Notes: generated by a model from the letters alone, not told the origin. A DNA stretch of 39,105 bases from Candidatus Hydrogenedens sp. (GCA_049968235.1 JBMFRC010000028.1:1-39105), one strand, 5' to 3'. Shown: positions 22,966-33,317, numbered from the stretch's first letter. Made by a program: numbers and translations.

Positions 22966-25359
22966 GTGAGCGGTATCTTACAAAAATCGCCTTTTGATAT
23001 AGAAGAAAAAATACCTCAGACAATCGACATAAAACGATTGGCTCTTTTGCAATTATTTTTGTTCCTTTTACTATGTGTAATTGTTATTCGTCTTGTTATC
23101 GTGTCTTTTTTCCCAAAGGGAATTGTTAAAGAATATGCTGATAAACATGATGGAATAATAAAACGCGAAAATCCCCGGGGAATGATTTATGATAGGTCAC
23201 AAAATCCTTTAGCCTATTCTGTTCTAATGCCTTCACTGTTTTGTTCTCCTGCGGATGTTTTATATCCGGATGAAATGGCGGAAAAAGTAGCCTCAAAATT
23301 AGGGTTGGATGTTGACTTTGTAAAAAAGAGGATGACACTTACAAATGATGAAGGAAAGAAATTACAGTATGTATTACTTCGAAGAGGAATTGATAATATT
23401 CCAAAAGCAGAATTAGAGAATTTTGTTTCAGAAATAAATAAATGGCAGAAAGAAGAATTAAAAAAATCCACAACACCCCAACGAAATATAAAACAGTCTT
23501 ACAAAGAGATATTGTTATCCTATTTTAACCGAAATCTGGATAAATCGAAGGATAATAGTAAACCCAAAGGAAATCCATTATTTATAAATTATGAATGGTT
23601 TCGCCAATATCCGCATCATGAAGTTGGAGGAAACATTATTGGCTTTGTAGCCATGAATGATGAAAATCGAGTAGGAGGTATGGATGGAATAGAAAAAGAT
23701 TGGGACAAATATCTTTATGCAGACCCTACGGAAATTTCCGGACGAAAGAACAGTTCGGGAAATATTCTTCCCTCCACTTCTCAAGAAAAAAGAGGACAGT
23801 ATCCGGGAGCCAATGTTCATCTTACAATTGATTTAGAGATACAACATGTTCTGGAAAAGGAATTAGACCGAAGGATTGAAGAATGTAATGCCGTAGATGG
23901 GATGGGTGTTATAATGGACCCATTTACAGGAGCCATTCTTGCTATGGCCTCTCGTCCCTCCTATGACCCCAATGACCCCGAAACAAGACAAGGTGATGCT
24001 CTCAAGAATAAAGTACTATATGAACTTATAGAGCCGGGTTCTACTTTTAAGATTGTTACTGCTAGTGCAGGAATTGAGAAAGGATATATTGATGAAAATA
24101 CGATTATTGATTGTGAAGGTGGCAGGATTCGAGTTGCCAGCAAAATTATCAAAGATGTCCATGGTATGGGGGCTGTCCCTTTCTGGAAATGTTTTGAACA
24201 ATCCAGCAATGTAGCTATGGTAAAAGTGGGAAGAACTGTGGGATTAGAAACTTTACGCGAATATGTAAAGAAGTTTGGATTTGGAACAAAAACACTCAAA
24301 GATATTTCTACAGAAAGAATAGGTGCTATTTCTACAAATAAGGCAGAAACAACTTTGAGTTCTATGTCCATTGGTTATGCTGTTATGGTTACACCCATTC
24401 AATTAGCGAGGGCTTATGCTGTAATTGCCAATGGTGGGTATCTGGTGGAACCCTATATTGTGGAAAAAGTAACTCTTCCTGAAGGTGATGTCTTATATGA
24501 ACATAAAGAGGAAGAACAGCCACAGGTAATAAAATCAGAAACTGCAGAAATTATGAGAACCTTATGTCATCAAGTTGTATTGAAAGGAACAGGGAAATCA
24601 GCAAATATTCCGGGGTATAAAGTAGGAGGAAAAACGGGAACTGCTCATTTAGCAAAAACTCAAAAACAAGGCGGTGGATATGACCCAGATAAAATTATCT
24701 CCATTTTTGCAGGGTTTGCCCCTGTTTCACATCCAAAAGTGGTTGCCGTAATTGTGATTCGCTATCCCATGTCAAAAATTCGGTATGGTGGATATGTTTG
24801 TGGACCCGTATTCAGAAATGTCGTTTATTATACACTAACCCGGCTAAAAGTTCCTCCAGACCCTACGATTTCCAATGATTTACTACAACAAGAAGGATTT
24901 ATTGCGGAAGAGAGTATAGAAAAGGACAATGACTCATTATATTTTGAGGATATTGACCCTCTATGGGTTCATGAATTGGTAAATGAAGAGTCGTCAGAGC
25001 TAAATAAAACGGTGATTACGGAAAACAAATCAGGCAAAATGAATAATAAGGAGAAGGAAAATAAGAAAGAAGAGGAAAAGTTAAAGAAACCTGTGTTTAA
25101 TCCTATGTCTGAGAAAGAAATTATTAAAATTGCAAAACAAACGGAAACTTTACCTGACCTTTCAGGATTAACAAAAATGAAAGCATTGAGTATCTTAAAT
25201 TCATTAAAAATAGATTACGAATGCCGTGGCTACGGAAGAGTCGTATCCCAGTTCCCTGTTGCAGGAACACCCTTAAAGGAAGTAGATATATGTTTATTAG
25301 ATTTTTCTGAAGATTTCAATTCGGGATTAGAGATGGTTTTGCCAAGAAAAGAGGATTAA
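22966..25359 (+). CDS. ftsI: Class B penicillin-binding protein / peptidoglycan D,D-transpeptidase FtsI with C-terminal PASTA domain and Lys/Glu-rich tail
   Basis: GTG start. N-terminal TM; SxxK 'GSTFKIV', SxN 'QSSNVAM', KTGT 'GGKTGTAH'; C-terminal 'LPDLSGLTKMKALSILNSLKIDYECRGYGRVVSQFPVAGTPLKEVDICLLDF' is a PASTA domain; 'NNKEKENKKEEEKLKK' low-complexity region. Confidence 0.9.
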   Translation: MSGILQKSPFDIEEKIPQTIDIKRLALLQLFLFLLLCVIVIRLVIVSFFPKGIVKEYADKHDGIIKRENPRGMIYDRSQNPLAYSVLMPSLFCSPADVLYPDEMAEKVASKLGLDVDFVKKRMTLTNDEGKKLQYVLLRRGIDNIPKAELENFVSEINKWQKEELKKSTTPQRNIKQSYKEILLSYFNRNLDKSKDNSKPKGNPLFINYEWFRQYPHHEVGGNIIGFVAMNDENRVGGMDGIEKDWDKYLYADPTEISGRKNSSGNILPSTSQEKRGQYPGANVHLTIDLEIQHVLEKELDRRIEECNAVDGMGVIMDPFTGAILAMASRPSYDPNDPETRQGDALKNKVLYELIEPGSTFKIVTASAGIEKGYIDENTIIDCEGGRIRVASKIIKDVHGMGAVPFWKCFEQSSNVAMVKVGRTVGLETLREYVKKFGFGTKTLKDISTERIGAISTNKAETTLSSMSIGYAVMVTPIQLARAYAVIANGGYLVEPYIVEKVTLPEGDVLYEHKEEEQPQVIKSETAEIMRTLCHQVVLKGTGKSANIPGYKVGGKTGTAHLAKTQKQGGGYDPDKIISIFAGFAPVSHPKVVAVIVIRYPMSKIRYGGYVCGPVFRNVVYYTLTRLKVPPDPTISNDLLQQEGFIAEESIEKDNDSLYFEDIDPLWVHELVNEESSELNKTVITENKSGKMNNKEKENKKEEEKLKKPVFNPMSEKEIIKIAKQTETLPDLSGLTKMKALSILNSLKIDYECRGYGRVVSQFPVAGTPLKEVDICLLDFSEDFNSGLEMVLPRKED

Positions 25360-25362
25360 AGA

Positions 25363-26850
25363 ATGAACCTTAGAGAAATGGCAGAAAAATGGAAATTAAA
25401 TTGTTTTTGCTCTATTTCTGATGAGGATATTTTAGGTATTACAGAAGATTCACGAAGAGTTCGGAAAGGTTTTATTTTTACAGCGATACCCGGAGAACAT
25501 TCTCAAGGTTGGGATTATATTCCGGAAGCCATAAATAAAGGAGCCATAGGAATTATTGGTTTACCACAGTTGCCGGAGGAATATTTAAATCTATTGAAAG
25601 AAAAAAATCTTCCGTATTTTGCTCATGAAAATCCGCGTTATATTTTGGGTGAAGTGGCACATTATCTTGCAGGAGATCCTACCCAATCAATGGTTGTAAT
25701 AGGAATCACCGGAACGAATGGAAAAACAAGCACTACTTTTTTGGTAGAAAGTATTTTGAAGGAAAAAGGAATTGCTACGGCGCGGTTTGGGACATTAGGC
25801 TATACTATCGAAGAACAGAGTGTAGAAGCAGTTCATACGACCCCTTTTAATGAAGAACTTGTTGCGTTGTTTTCAAAAGCGAGGGAGAAAGGGATTACCC
25901 ATGTAGTGATGGAGGTGAGTAGCCATTCCTTAGCACAGGACCGTGTTGCAGGAATTCATTTCACTGTCGGAGCATTCACAAATCTTACACAAGACCATCT
26001 GGATTATCATAAAACAATGGAGGAATATCTCAAAGCCAAACTTAAACTATTTGAAAATTTAGAGGGAGAGAATGCTTTTGGTGTTATAAATAAATCGGAC
26101 CCTTATGCAGAAGAGTTTATACAACATTGCAAATCGAGGTATGTTACTTATGGTATGAAGGGAGATTATTGGGCAAGCGATATAGAAGTGTCGATAAAAG
26201 AAACACGATTTCTATTACATACCCCAACAGGTGAAAGCGAAGTTAGACTATCTCTAATAGGTAAACATAACGTATTTAATGCATTATGTGCATCTGCTAT
26301 TGCAGGAGAAATGGGTATCACCTTGAAAGAAATTCAAAAGGGTTTAAAAAACTTAAAATCAGTTCCAGGACGTTTTGAATTAATTGAAGAAGGACAGGAG
26401 TTTACTGTTGTAGTAGATTATGCTCACACAGATGATGGCTTAAACCATGTGTTACAAACAGCACGAAATTTAACACGAGGTAAAGTTATTGTAGTTTTTG
26501 GTTGTGGAGGAGACCGGGATAAAACAAAACGACCGAAAATGGGAGCAGTCGCCGGGAAATGGGCAGACCTTATCATTTTAACCTCAGATAATCCGCGGAC
26601 AGAAGACCCCAAACGAATCTTGTTAGATATTGAAGTAGGTGTTCAAAAGATGGGGAAACACAAGGGAGATGATTACTTCGTTATTGAGAGTAGGGAAGAT
26701 GCTATACAATTTGCTATCGATAGGGCTAAATCAAATGATATAGTAGTAATTGCTGGAAAAGGACATGAACCGTATCAAATTATTGGAACACAAAAATTGC
26801 CTTTTGATGATAGGGAAGTAGCACGCAAGTTTCTGAAAGGAAAAATATAA
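25363..26850 (+). CDS. murE: UDP-N-acetylmuramoyl-L-alanyl-D-glutamate--2,6-diaminopimelate ligase MurE
   Basis: 'IGITGTNGKTSTTFL' P-loop; Mur ligase middle/C domains; 'DNPRTEDP' motif; position in the dcw cluster. Confidence 0.9.
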   Translation: MNLREMAEKWKLNCFCSISDEDILGITEDSRRVRKGFIFTAIPGEHSQGWDYIPEAINKGAIGIIGLPQLPEEYLNLLKEKNLPYFAHENPRYILGEVAHYLAGDPTQSMVVIGITGTNGKTSTTFLVESILKEKGIATARFGTLGYTIEEQSVEAVHTTPFNEELVALFSKAREKGITHVVMEVSSHSLAQDRVAGIHFTVGAFTNLTQDHLDYHKTMEEYLKAKLKLFENLEGENAFGVINKSDPYAEEFIQHCKSRYVTYGMKGDYWASDIEVSIKETRFLLHTPTGESEVRLSLIGKHNVFNALCASAIAGEMGITLKEIQKGLKNLKSVPGRFELIEEGQEFTVVVDYAHTDDGLNHVLQTARNLTRGKVIVVFGCGGDRDKTKRPKMGAVAGKWADLIILTSDNPRTEDPKRILLDIEVGVQKMGKHKGDDYFVIESREDAIQFAIDRAKSNDIVVIAGKGHEPYQIIGTQKLPFDDREVARKFLKGKI

Positions 26851-28200
26851 ATGCCCTGGAAATACTGTTTAGGAGATTTAGCGAAAGTTGTCGCTGGAAA
26901 ATTACAGGGAGATGAGCATCTTGAATTTAAAGGAGTATCTATAGATACTCGAACCATTCAACCTGGAGATGTTTTCTTTGCCTTACCCGGAAACAGAGTG
27001 GATGGACATCAATTCATTCAGGAAGCACTTAAAAAAGGTGCTGTCGCAGTTGTTATATCTAAAGATAATGCTTCACCTTCTATATATGTGCGAGATACTT
27101 TGCAGGCAATTCAAAAATTTGCTCGTTGGCATCGAACAAATCTAAAATCTCAGGTATTTGCAATTACAGGTTCCTGCGGTAAAACTACTACAAAAGAGTT
27201 GGTCTCAGCAGTTTTATCAAAAAAATATAAAGTAGTAGCATCCAGAGGTAATTATAACAATGAATTGGGTTGTCCCCTTTCATTATTACAGATGAATGAA
27301 GACACAGATTGGGGCGTGATTGAGATGGGTGCCGGTAAAGTAGGAGATATTGCAGAGTTATGTGCTATTGCATATCCGGAAGAATCAGTAATTACCACGA
27401 TTGCTCCTGGACATTTAGAACGGTTAGGAAGTTTAGAGGGCATAGCACGAGAAAAATCCAGTATTGCTAAATGCCTTCCTCCCTGGGGGTATTTTTATGT
27501 TAATATGGATAATCCCTTTTGTGTCTCAATAGGGAAACAAATTATTGCCAATAAGATTTATTATGGCAAAAAGGGAGATGTTCAATTAAAATCTGCGCGT
27601 AAAATTTCATTAGAAACAATGGAGGTAGAAATAGAACCTGTTGGTAAACTAATACTACCTTTGTGTTCTCAATCTCATTTATCAAACTTTTTACTTGCAA
27701 TAGCAGTTTCTTTGAAGCATCAGATACCTATTGATGAGCAAACTTTTGCAGAGACATATTATAAGACAGGAAGAATAAAGACATATCAAATTGGAGATTT
27801 TACTATCATTGATGATAGTTATAATGCTAATCCAGCAAGTATGAAATCCGCATTGGAATATCTTCAATTGACTGCTGTTGAAGGCTATCGTTGTGCAGTT
27901 TTGGGAGATATGCTTGAATTGGGAAACGATAGTGAAAAATACCATTATTTGTTAGGAAAACAAGCAGGGGAATGTGGGGTTGATAGTTTATTCTTATACG
28001 GAAACTATGCCCGGGAAATACAAAAAGGTGCTCTAGAAGCAGGAGTAAAGTGGGTAGTAATATGCACAAATCATGAAGAAATCGCAGATAAAATCATGAA
28101 AACACTTCTTCCGCACAGTCGAATATTGGTAAAAGGTTCGCGCGGAATGACTATGGAAAAGGTTACACAATATTTGAAAGAGAAAATAGTGAATGAATAA
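26851..28200 (+). CDS. murF: UDP-N-acetylmuramoyl-tripeptide--D-alanyl-D-alanine ligase MurF
   Basis: 'FAITGSCGKTTTKEL' P-loop; ATG overlaps the murE stop (taaATG); cluster position. Confidence 0.9.
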   Translation: MPWKYCLGDLAKVVAGKLQGDEHLEFKGVSIDTRTIQPGDVFFALPGNRVDGHQFIQEALKKGAVAVVISKDNASPSIYVRDTLQAIQKFARWHRTNLKSQVFAITGSCGKTTTKELVSAVLSKKYKVVASRGNYNNELGCPLSLLQMNEDTDWGVIEMGAGKVGDIAELCAIAYPEESVITTIAPGHLERLGSLEGIAREKSSIAKCLPPWGYFYVNMDNPFCVSIGKQIIANKIYYGKKGDVQLKSARKISLETMEVEIEPVGKLILPLCSQSHLSNFLLAIAVSLKHQIPIDEQTFAETYYKTGRIKTYQIGDFTIIDDSYNANPASMKSALEYLQLTAVEGYRCAVLGDMLELGNDSEKYHYLLGKQAGECGVDSLFLYGNYAREIQKGALEAGVKWVVICTNHEEIADKIMKTLLPHSRILVKGSRGMTMEKVTQYLKEKIVNE

Positions 28201-28255
28201 ATATGATTTTTATATAATTTTACATTTTTATAAAGAAGAACAAATAGAGGTATAG

Positions 28256-29737
28256 ATGCTTTATTACATTGCTATTTTACTACTTCCTTATATAGACATA
28301 ATAAATGTTCTAACTTATCACACAGTTAGAGCAGGGGGAGCCGTTTTTACATCCTTTTTTATTACACTTATGATAGGTCCCTTTGTTATACATAAATTAC
28401 GGGAAATGAAAATTGGTCAATATATCAAAAAGGAACATGTCGCAGACCTACACCAACTTCATAAAGGAAAAGCGGGAACACCTACAATGGGAGGTATTCT
28501 AATACTTGTCTCAACTTTTGTTTCCCTTTTAGTATGGGGTCGTCTTACAAATCGTTTTTTATGGCTTACAATGCTTGTTTTTTGTGCATTAGGAACATTG
28601 GGTTTCTCGGATGATTATATTAAATTAAAACGGAAACATAATGATGGATTACGAGCAAAAGATAAATTAATAGGACAAATCCTCATAGGGCTTATCTTCG
28701 GAATTTATTTGTATTTTAATCCTATAACTCCCGGAGCGGTTTATTTAACTCTATCTGATGTAAAAGACTGGTCAAATTTAAAAAATCAATTGATTCAAGG
28801 GCTAAATGAAAATGGAGATGCTCAACTTGTTTATATTTGTTCTCAAATTCCATCGTCATTGAAAGAACATTTATTACAATTAGATACAAAAAAAGAATTA
28901 GAAGTAGAAGAACAATTATTATTTATTCGAAGTCTTAATCAGGTAATTGATAGAGATGAATGGCAATACAATTCTTTATGGGACGGGAAAAAAAACCGAA
29001 CCGAAATTCAAATGTATTTAAATAGCAAGGATAAAAACAAACCTTTTCAAAAACAGCGATTGGGACGATTATTAATCGAGGATACTTTCAAAGATTCCTT
29101 TTATATCTCTACTTCTTCCTTACATACGAAGGTAGGCGTTCCCGGATTTAAAAATCTTTTCATTCCCTTAGGCATATTTTATATATTTTTTGTTGCTCTA
29201 ATTGTGGTGAGCGTATCAAATGCTGTAAATCTAACGGATGGATTGGATGGGCTTGCTATAGGTTCTTCTATTATTTCTGTTATGGCGTATGCCGGTATCG
29301 CATATATAGTAAGCCGTGCAGATTGGAGCCGGTATCTTTTTCTTACTTATGTGCCAGAGGCAAGTGAATTGTTTGTGTTTGGTTCCGCTTTATTAGGTTC
29401 AGGTCTGGGTTTCCTTTGGTATAATAGTTATCCCGCAGAAGTTTTTATGGGAGATACAGGGTCGTTATCTCTGGGAGGAGCCATAGCAGTTCTTGCGGTT
29501 CTAACAAAACAAGAATTATTACTCCCGTTAGTGGCAGGTATTTTTGTGCTTGAAGCAGGAAGTGTGTTATTGCAGGTGGCTTCGTTCAAACTTACGGGTA
29601 AAAGAATATTTCGAATGGCTCCCTTGCATCACCATTTTGAGTTATTAGGTTGGACAGAGACAAAAGTTACACTTCGTTTCTGGATAGTTGCTTTGTTATT
29701 TGCACTTTTGAGTTTAGGAACGCTTAAACTAAGATGA
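28256..29737 (+). CDS. mraY: Phospho-N-acetylmuramoyl-pentapeptide transferase MraY carrying a ~130-aa hydrophilic insertion
   Basis: 'KGKAGTPTMGGILIL', 'GFSDDYIKL', 'NAVNLTDGLDGLA', 'FMGDTGSLSLGGA', 'FRMAPLHHHFEL' are all MraY signatures. 493 aa versus ~360; extra residues ~160-295 (nt ~28720-29160) fall between the TM4 and TM5 equivalents. Confidence 0.9.
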   Translation: MLYYIAILLLPYIDIINVLTYHTVRAGGAVFTSFFITLMIGPFVIHKLREMKIGQYIKKEHVADLHQLHKGKAGTPTMGGILILVSTFVSLLVWGRLTNRFLWLTMLVFCALGTLGFSDDYIKLKRKHNDGLRAKDKLIGQILIGLIFGIYLYFNPITPGAVYLTLSDVKDWSNLKNQLIQGLNENGDAQLVYICSQIPSSLKEHLLQLDTKKELEVEEQLLFIRSLNQVIDRDEWQYNSLWDGKKNRTEIQMYLNSKDKNKPFQKQRLGRLLIEDTFKDSFYISTSSLHTKVGVPGFKNLFIPLGIFYIFFVALIVVSVSNAVNLTDGLDGLAIGSSIISVMAYAGIAYIVSRADWSRYLFLTYVPEASELFVFGSALLGSGLGFLWYNSYPAEVFMGDTGSLSLGGAIAVLAVLTKQELLLPLVAGIFVLEAGSVLLQVASFKLTGKRIFRMAPLHHHFELLGWTETKVTLRFWIVALLFALLSLGTLKLR

Positions 29738-31119
29738 TTACCCCTAATTTCACACCTGAAAAAATAAAAACATTAAATCGAGTGCTGATTATCGGTGCAG
29801 GAAAATCGGGACTGGCTTCTGCTAAGTTATTAAAGAAACAGGGAAAAGAAGTAATTATCAATGATATAAAAAATGAAGAAGAAATTCCAGAAACTGTCAA
29901 ATCAATTAAAGAATTATCTATTGATTATGTTTTTGGACAACATTCACAAGATTTACTAATAAAAACAGATTTTGTAATTGTTAGCCCTGGGGTATCCCCG
30001 CAAGTTCCATTAATAAAGTTAGCAATTCGGCATAATATCCCCGTTATCGGTGAGTTTGAATATGCTTATTATTTTACTCAATCTCCTATAATTGCAGTAA
30101 CAGGAACAAATGGGAAGACAACAGTTACTTCATGGATACATCATACATTAAAAGAATTAGGATTTAGTAGCATTTTAGCAGGGAATAATGATACTCCGCT
30201 GTCTGAGGTGATTGCAGAAGGTTGCCAGAAAGATTGGATTGTAGCAGAATTAAGCAGTTACCAATTAGAGTATAGTTATTACTTTCATCCTCATGTTGCA
30301 GTTGTTTTAAATGTTACTCCAGACCATATAACACGTCATCCTACAATGAAAGAGTATGCTGATGTAAAGAATAAAATATTTCATAATCAAAATGAACACG
30401 ATTTTGCCATAATAAATAAGGATGATAAATGGGTTGCTTCGATGGATATTCCCGCATCTGTAAGTAGGTATTATTTCTCGCTTAATCAAAAAATATATCC
30501 AGGTGCATGGATTAAAGAAAAGGAGAAAGCCTACATATACTTCAATGAAATGATTTTAGATAGTGTTGATAATTTGCCTTTAAAAGGTGTGCATAATTTA
30601 TCAAATGCCCTTGCAGTACTGACCTCCGTAACTGCTGTGTACAAAAGACCGGAACAGGTTTTAAAAGCAATGGTTTCTTTTAAGGGAGTGCCTCACAGAA
30701 TAGAGTTCTTAGGATGCAAAAATAGTATCGAGTTTTACAACGATTCTAAATCTACCAATATAGAAAGTCTCCGGGTTGCTTTAGAAACTTTTCAACAACC
30801 CATTATTCTGATTGCAGGTGGGCGGGGGAAAGGCTCAAGTTATCTACCATTACGCCCATTAATTCGGGAAAAGGTTTATTTCCTGGTTACAATTGGTGAG
30901 GATGCTGAAAATATAGAAAAATCGTTTTCCGATTTGGTAAAAACAGAGAGAGTTACTACTATGGAAGATGCCGTTAAAGTAGCATGGAAAAATGCTATTC
31001 CCCAATCGGTTATATTGTTATCGCCCGCATGTGCGAGTTTTGATATGTATCCTAATTATGAAGTGCGCGGGGACCATTTTCGAGAATGTGTGTATAAGTT
31101 ATTAGCAGAGGAGTTATAA
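29734..31119 (+). CDS. murD: UDP-N-acetylmuramoylalanine--D-glutamate ligase MurD
   Basis: 'IAVTGTNGKTTVTSW' P-loop; Rossmann N-term 'VLIIGAGKSGLASAKLL'; ATGA overlap with the mraY stop. Confidence 0.9.
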   Translation: MITPNFTPEKIKTLNRVLIIGAGKSGLASAKLLKKQGKEVIINDIKNEEEIPETVKSIKELSIDYVFGQHSQDLLIKTDFVIVSPGVSPQVPLIKLAIRHNIPVIGEFEYAYYFTQSPIIAVTGTNGKTTVTSWIHHTLKELGFSSILAGNNDTPLSEVIAEGCQKDWIVAELSSYQLEYSYYFHPHVAVVLNVTPDHITRHPTMKEYADVKNKIFHNQNEHDFAIINKDDKWVASMDIPASVSRYYFSLNQKIYPGAWIKEKEKAYIYFNEMILDSVDNLPLKGVHNLSNALAVLTSVTAVYKRPEQVLKAMVSFKGVPHRIEFLGCKNSIEFYNDSKSTNIESLRVALETFQQPIILIAGGRGKGSSYLPLRPLIREKVYFLVTIGEDAENIEKSFSDLVKTERVTTMEDAVKVAWKNAIPQSVILLSPACASFDMYPNYEVRGDHFRECVYKLLAEEL

Positions 31120-31122
31120 AGA

Positions 31123-32259
31123 ATGTATAGGGATTCATCCGCAATAATTATTATTACTGTTATTTTAACCATACTGGGTCTTATGGTCGGGTATAGCGTT
31201 GAAGGTTTGCGAACAGATTTACAATCTTTCTTAATAAAACAATTCATTCTTTTATTTATTGGCGGTGGTTGTTTCATTGCTCTACTCTTTTATGATTACC
31301 ACAAACTTTTTAAGCCTGGAAACTTCTGGCTTTTGTCGCTTATTTGTATACTAGGATTAATAGCAGTTTTATTTTTTGGAGAATTAAGAAATGGAGCTAG
31401 AAGATGGTTAAATCTTTTTGGAGTTTTTTCCCTTCAACCTTCCGAATTTGCGAAGATAGCTTTTCTAATTAATATAACATGGTATTTATCTCGTTTTTAC
31501 AGCAGGTTAAAGACAATTCGTTATGGAATTGTTTTACCTATTGTGATTACATTAATTTATTGTACTCTAATTATTTTAGAGAATGACCAGGGAACTCCCA
31601 CGATTATGATGATAACAGTCCTTTGCATGATATTTGTAACAGGCATATATAGAAGATATTTATTTATAGGTACAGGTATTTCTGTAGGTGCTTTTACCTT
31701 TGCCGTAATTTCTAAACCTCATCGAATTGACCGAATTATATATACATGGTTTCCTGAATGGGACCCCTCCGGAAAAGGATGGCATATTATCCAATCCTTA
31801 GTTTCATTCTATCGTGGAAATATTTTAGGTGTGGGCATTGGTGCTGGTGAACAAAAATTAGACTATTTGCCAGAAGCACATCGAGATTTCCCATTTTCAA
31901 TTATAGGCGAAGAAATGGGAATATTAGGAACTATCCTTATTGTAATACTATTTTTATTATTGATTTATTATGGTTTTGAAATAGCCCGAAAATCCCCAGA
32001 TTTTCAAGGTTCTCTCCTTGCTATAGGGATAACATGCATGATTGGGATTCAGGGAATTGTAATGATGCTGGTAAATATCGGGATACTTCCTGTAAAAGGA
32101 ATGTGTTTACCTCTAATTAGTAGTGGTGGTTCCTCCTTTATTGCTAACATGTTTATGTTGGGCTGTCTTGTAAATATCGGTTTTCAAGAAATACGAAAAG
32201 AATCCCCTTCTTATTGGAAAGCCTTTATTTTTGCAAATCTAAATAACCCATTAAAGTAA
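31123..32259 (+). CDS. ftsW: SEDS-family peptidoglycan glycosyltransferase FtsW
   Basis: 10-TM SEDS pattern; 'LQPSEFAKIAFLI', 'DFPFSIIGEEMGILG', 'GMCLPLISSGGSS' motifs; follows murD as in canonical dcw clusters. Confidence 0.85.
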   Translation: MYRDSSAIIIITVILTILGLMVGYSVEGLRTDLQSFLIKQFILLFIGGGCFIALLFYDYHKLFKPGNFWLLSLICILGLIAVLFFGELRNGARRWLNLFGVFSLQPSEFAKIAFLINITWYLSRFYSRLKTIRYGIVLPIVITLIYCTLIILENDQGTPTIMMITVLCMIFVTGIYRRYLFIGTGISVGAFTFAVISKPHRIDRIIYTWFPEWDPSGKGWHIIQSLVSFYRGNILGVGIGAGEQKLDYLPEAHRDFPFSIIGEEMGILGTILIVILFLLLIYYGFEIARKSPDFQGSLLAIGITCMIGIQGIVMMLVNIGILPVKGMCLPLISSGGSSFIANMFMLGCLVNIGFQEIRKESPSYWKAFIFANLNNPLK

Positions 32260-32276
32260 GATATTAAATATATATT

Positions 32277-33302
32277 ATGCTTACTGAGGAATTAAATTAT
32301 TTCTTACCGGAAGAAAGAATCGCCCAGCATCCGGTTAAACCTCGTGATTCTGCACGGTTATTGATAGTAAATAGGAAGGATACCTCTATAAAAGAGGATG
32401 TATTCCGTAATTTATTCCAGTATTTAAATAGTGGAGATGTTATTGTATTAAACGATACAAAAGTAATCTATGCAAGGTTATTGGGGCATAAAGAAAAAAC
32501 AGGAGGAAAGGTTGAAGTTTTTCTGTTAAAACAGATAAATGAACAGGATTGGATTGCTCTTGTAAAACCTTCAGCAAAAATTCCTGATGCAACAAGTGTT
32601 ATACTTCATGATAAAGTAAAAGTTGAAATTCGTGATTTTTTAGGTGAAGGAAAGAGGATTGTGCATTTCCCACAAGGGAATATTTTATCGGTTATTTACA
32701 AAATAGGATTAGTGCCACTTCCTCCGTATATTCGCAGAGAATCACCAGAACCTGATGACCGAATTCGTTATCAAACTATTTATGCAAAAAAATCAGGTTC
32801 TGTCGCTGCGCCTACTGCTGGTTTGCACTATACAAATCGTGTATTCAAAAAACTAAAAGAAAAAGGGATTGATATATGTTATATCACTCTTCATGTGGGT
32901 TATGGGACATTCAAGCCCATAACTACAGAAAAGGTAGAACAACATGTCGTAGATGCAGAGGATTTCTCTATTAGTGAAGATACTGTAACTTTGTTGAATA
33001 AGAAAAAAAAAGAAGGGAAAAAAATAATCGCGGTAGGAACAACGGTTACAAGAGTACTGGAAACTCAGTTTATTGATGGAAGATTTCAAGCAGGTTTTGG
33101 CTCAACAACAAAGTTTATATACCCTCCTTATAATTTTCAGGCGGTTGATATTCTACAAACAAATTTTCATCTTCCCCGGTCATCATTATTAGCTCTTGTT
33201 TTTGCTTTTGCAGGAAAGGAATTGATTATGAAGGCATACAATTATGCTATAGAGAATAAATTTCGTTTCTATTCTTATGGCGATACAATGTTAATCTTAT
33301 AG
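32277..33302 (+). CDS. queA: S-adenosylmethionine:tRNA ribosyltransferase-isomerase QueA
   Basis: 'LNYFLPEERIAQHPVKPRDSARLLIV', 'VAAPTAGLHYT', 'VGTTVTRVLE' are QueA signatures. Confidence 0.9.
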   Translation: MLTEELNYFLPEERIAQHPVKPRDSARLLIVNRKDTSIKEDVFRNLFQYLNSGDVIVLNDTKVIYARLLGHKEKTGGKVEVFLLKQINEQDWIALVKPSAKIPDATSVILHDKVKVEIRDFLGEGKRIVHFPQGNILSVIYKIGLVPLPPYIRRESPEPDDRIRYQTIYAKKSGSVAAPTAGLHYTNRVFKKLKEKGIDICYITLHVGYGTFKPITTEKVEQHVVDAEDFSISEDTVTLLNKKKKEGKKIIAVGTTVTRVLETQFIDGRFQAGFGSTTKFIYPPYNFQAVDILQTNFHLPRSSLLALVFAFAGKELIMKAYNYAIENKFRFYSYGDTMLIL

Positions 33303-33317
33303 ATTGAGGTAAAATTT

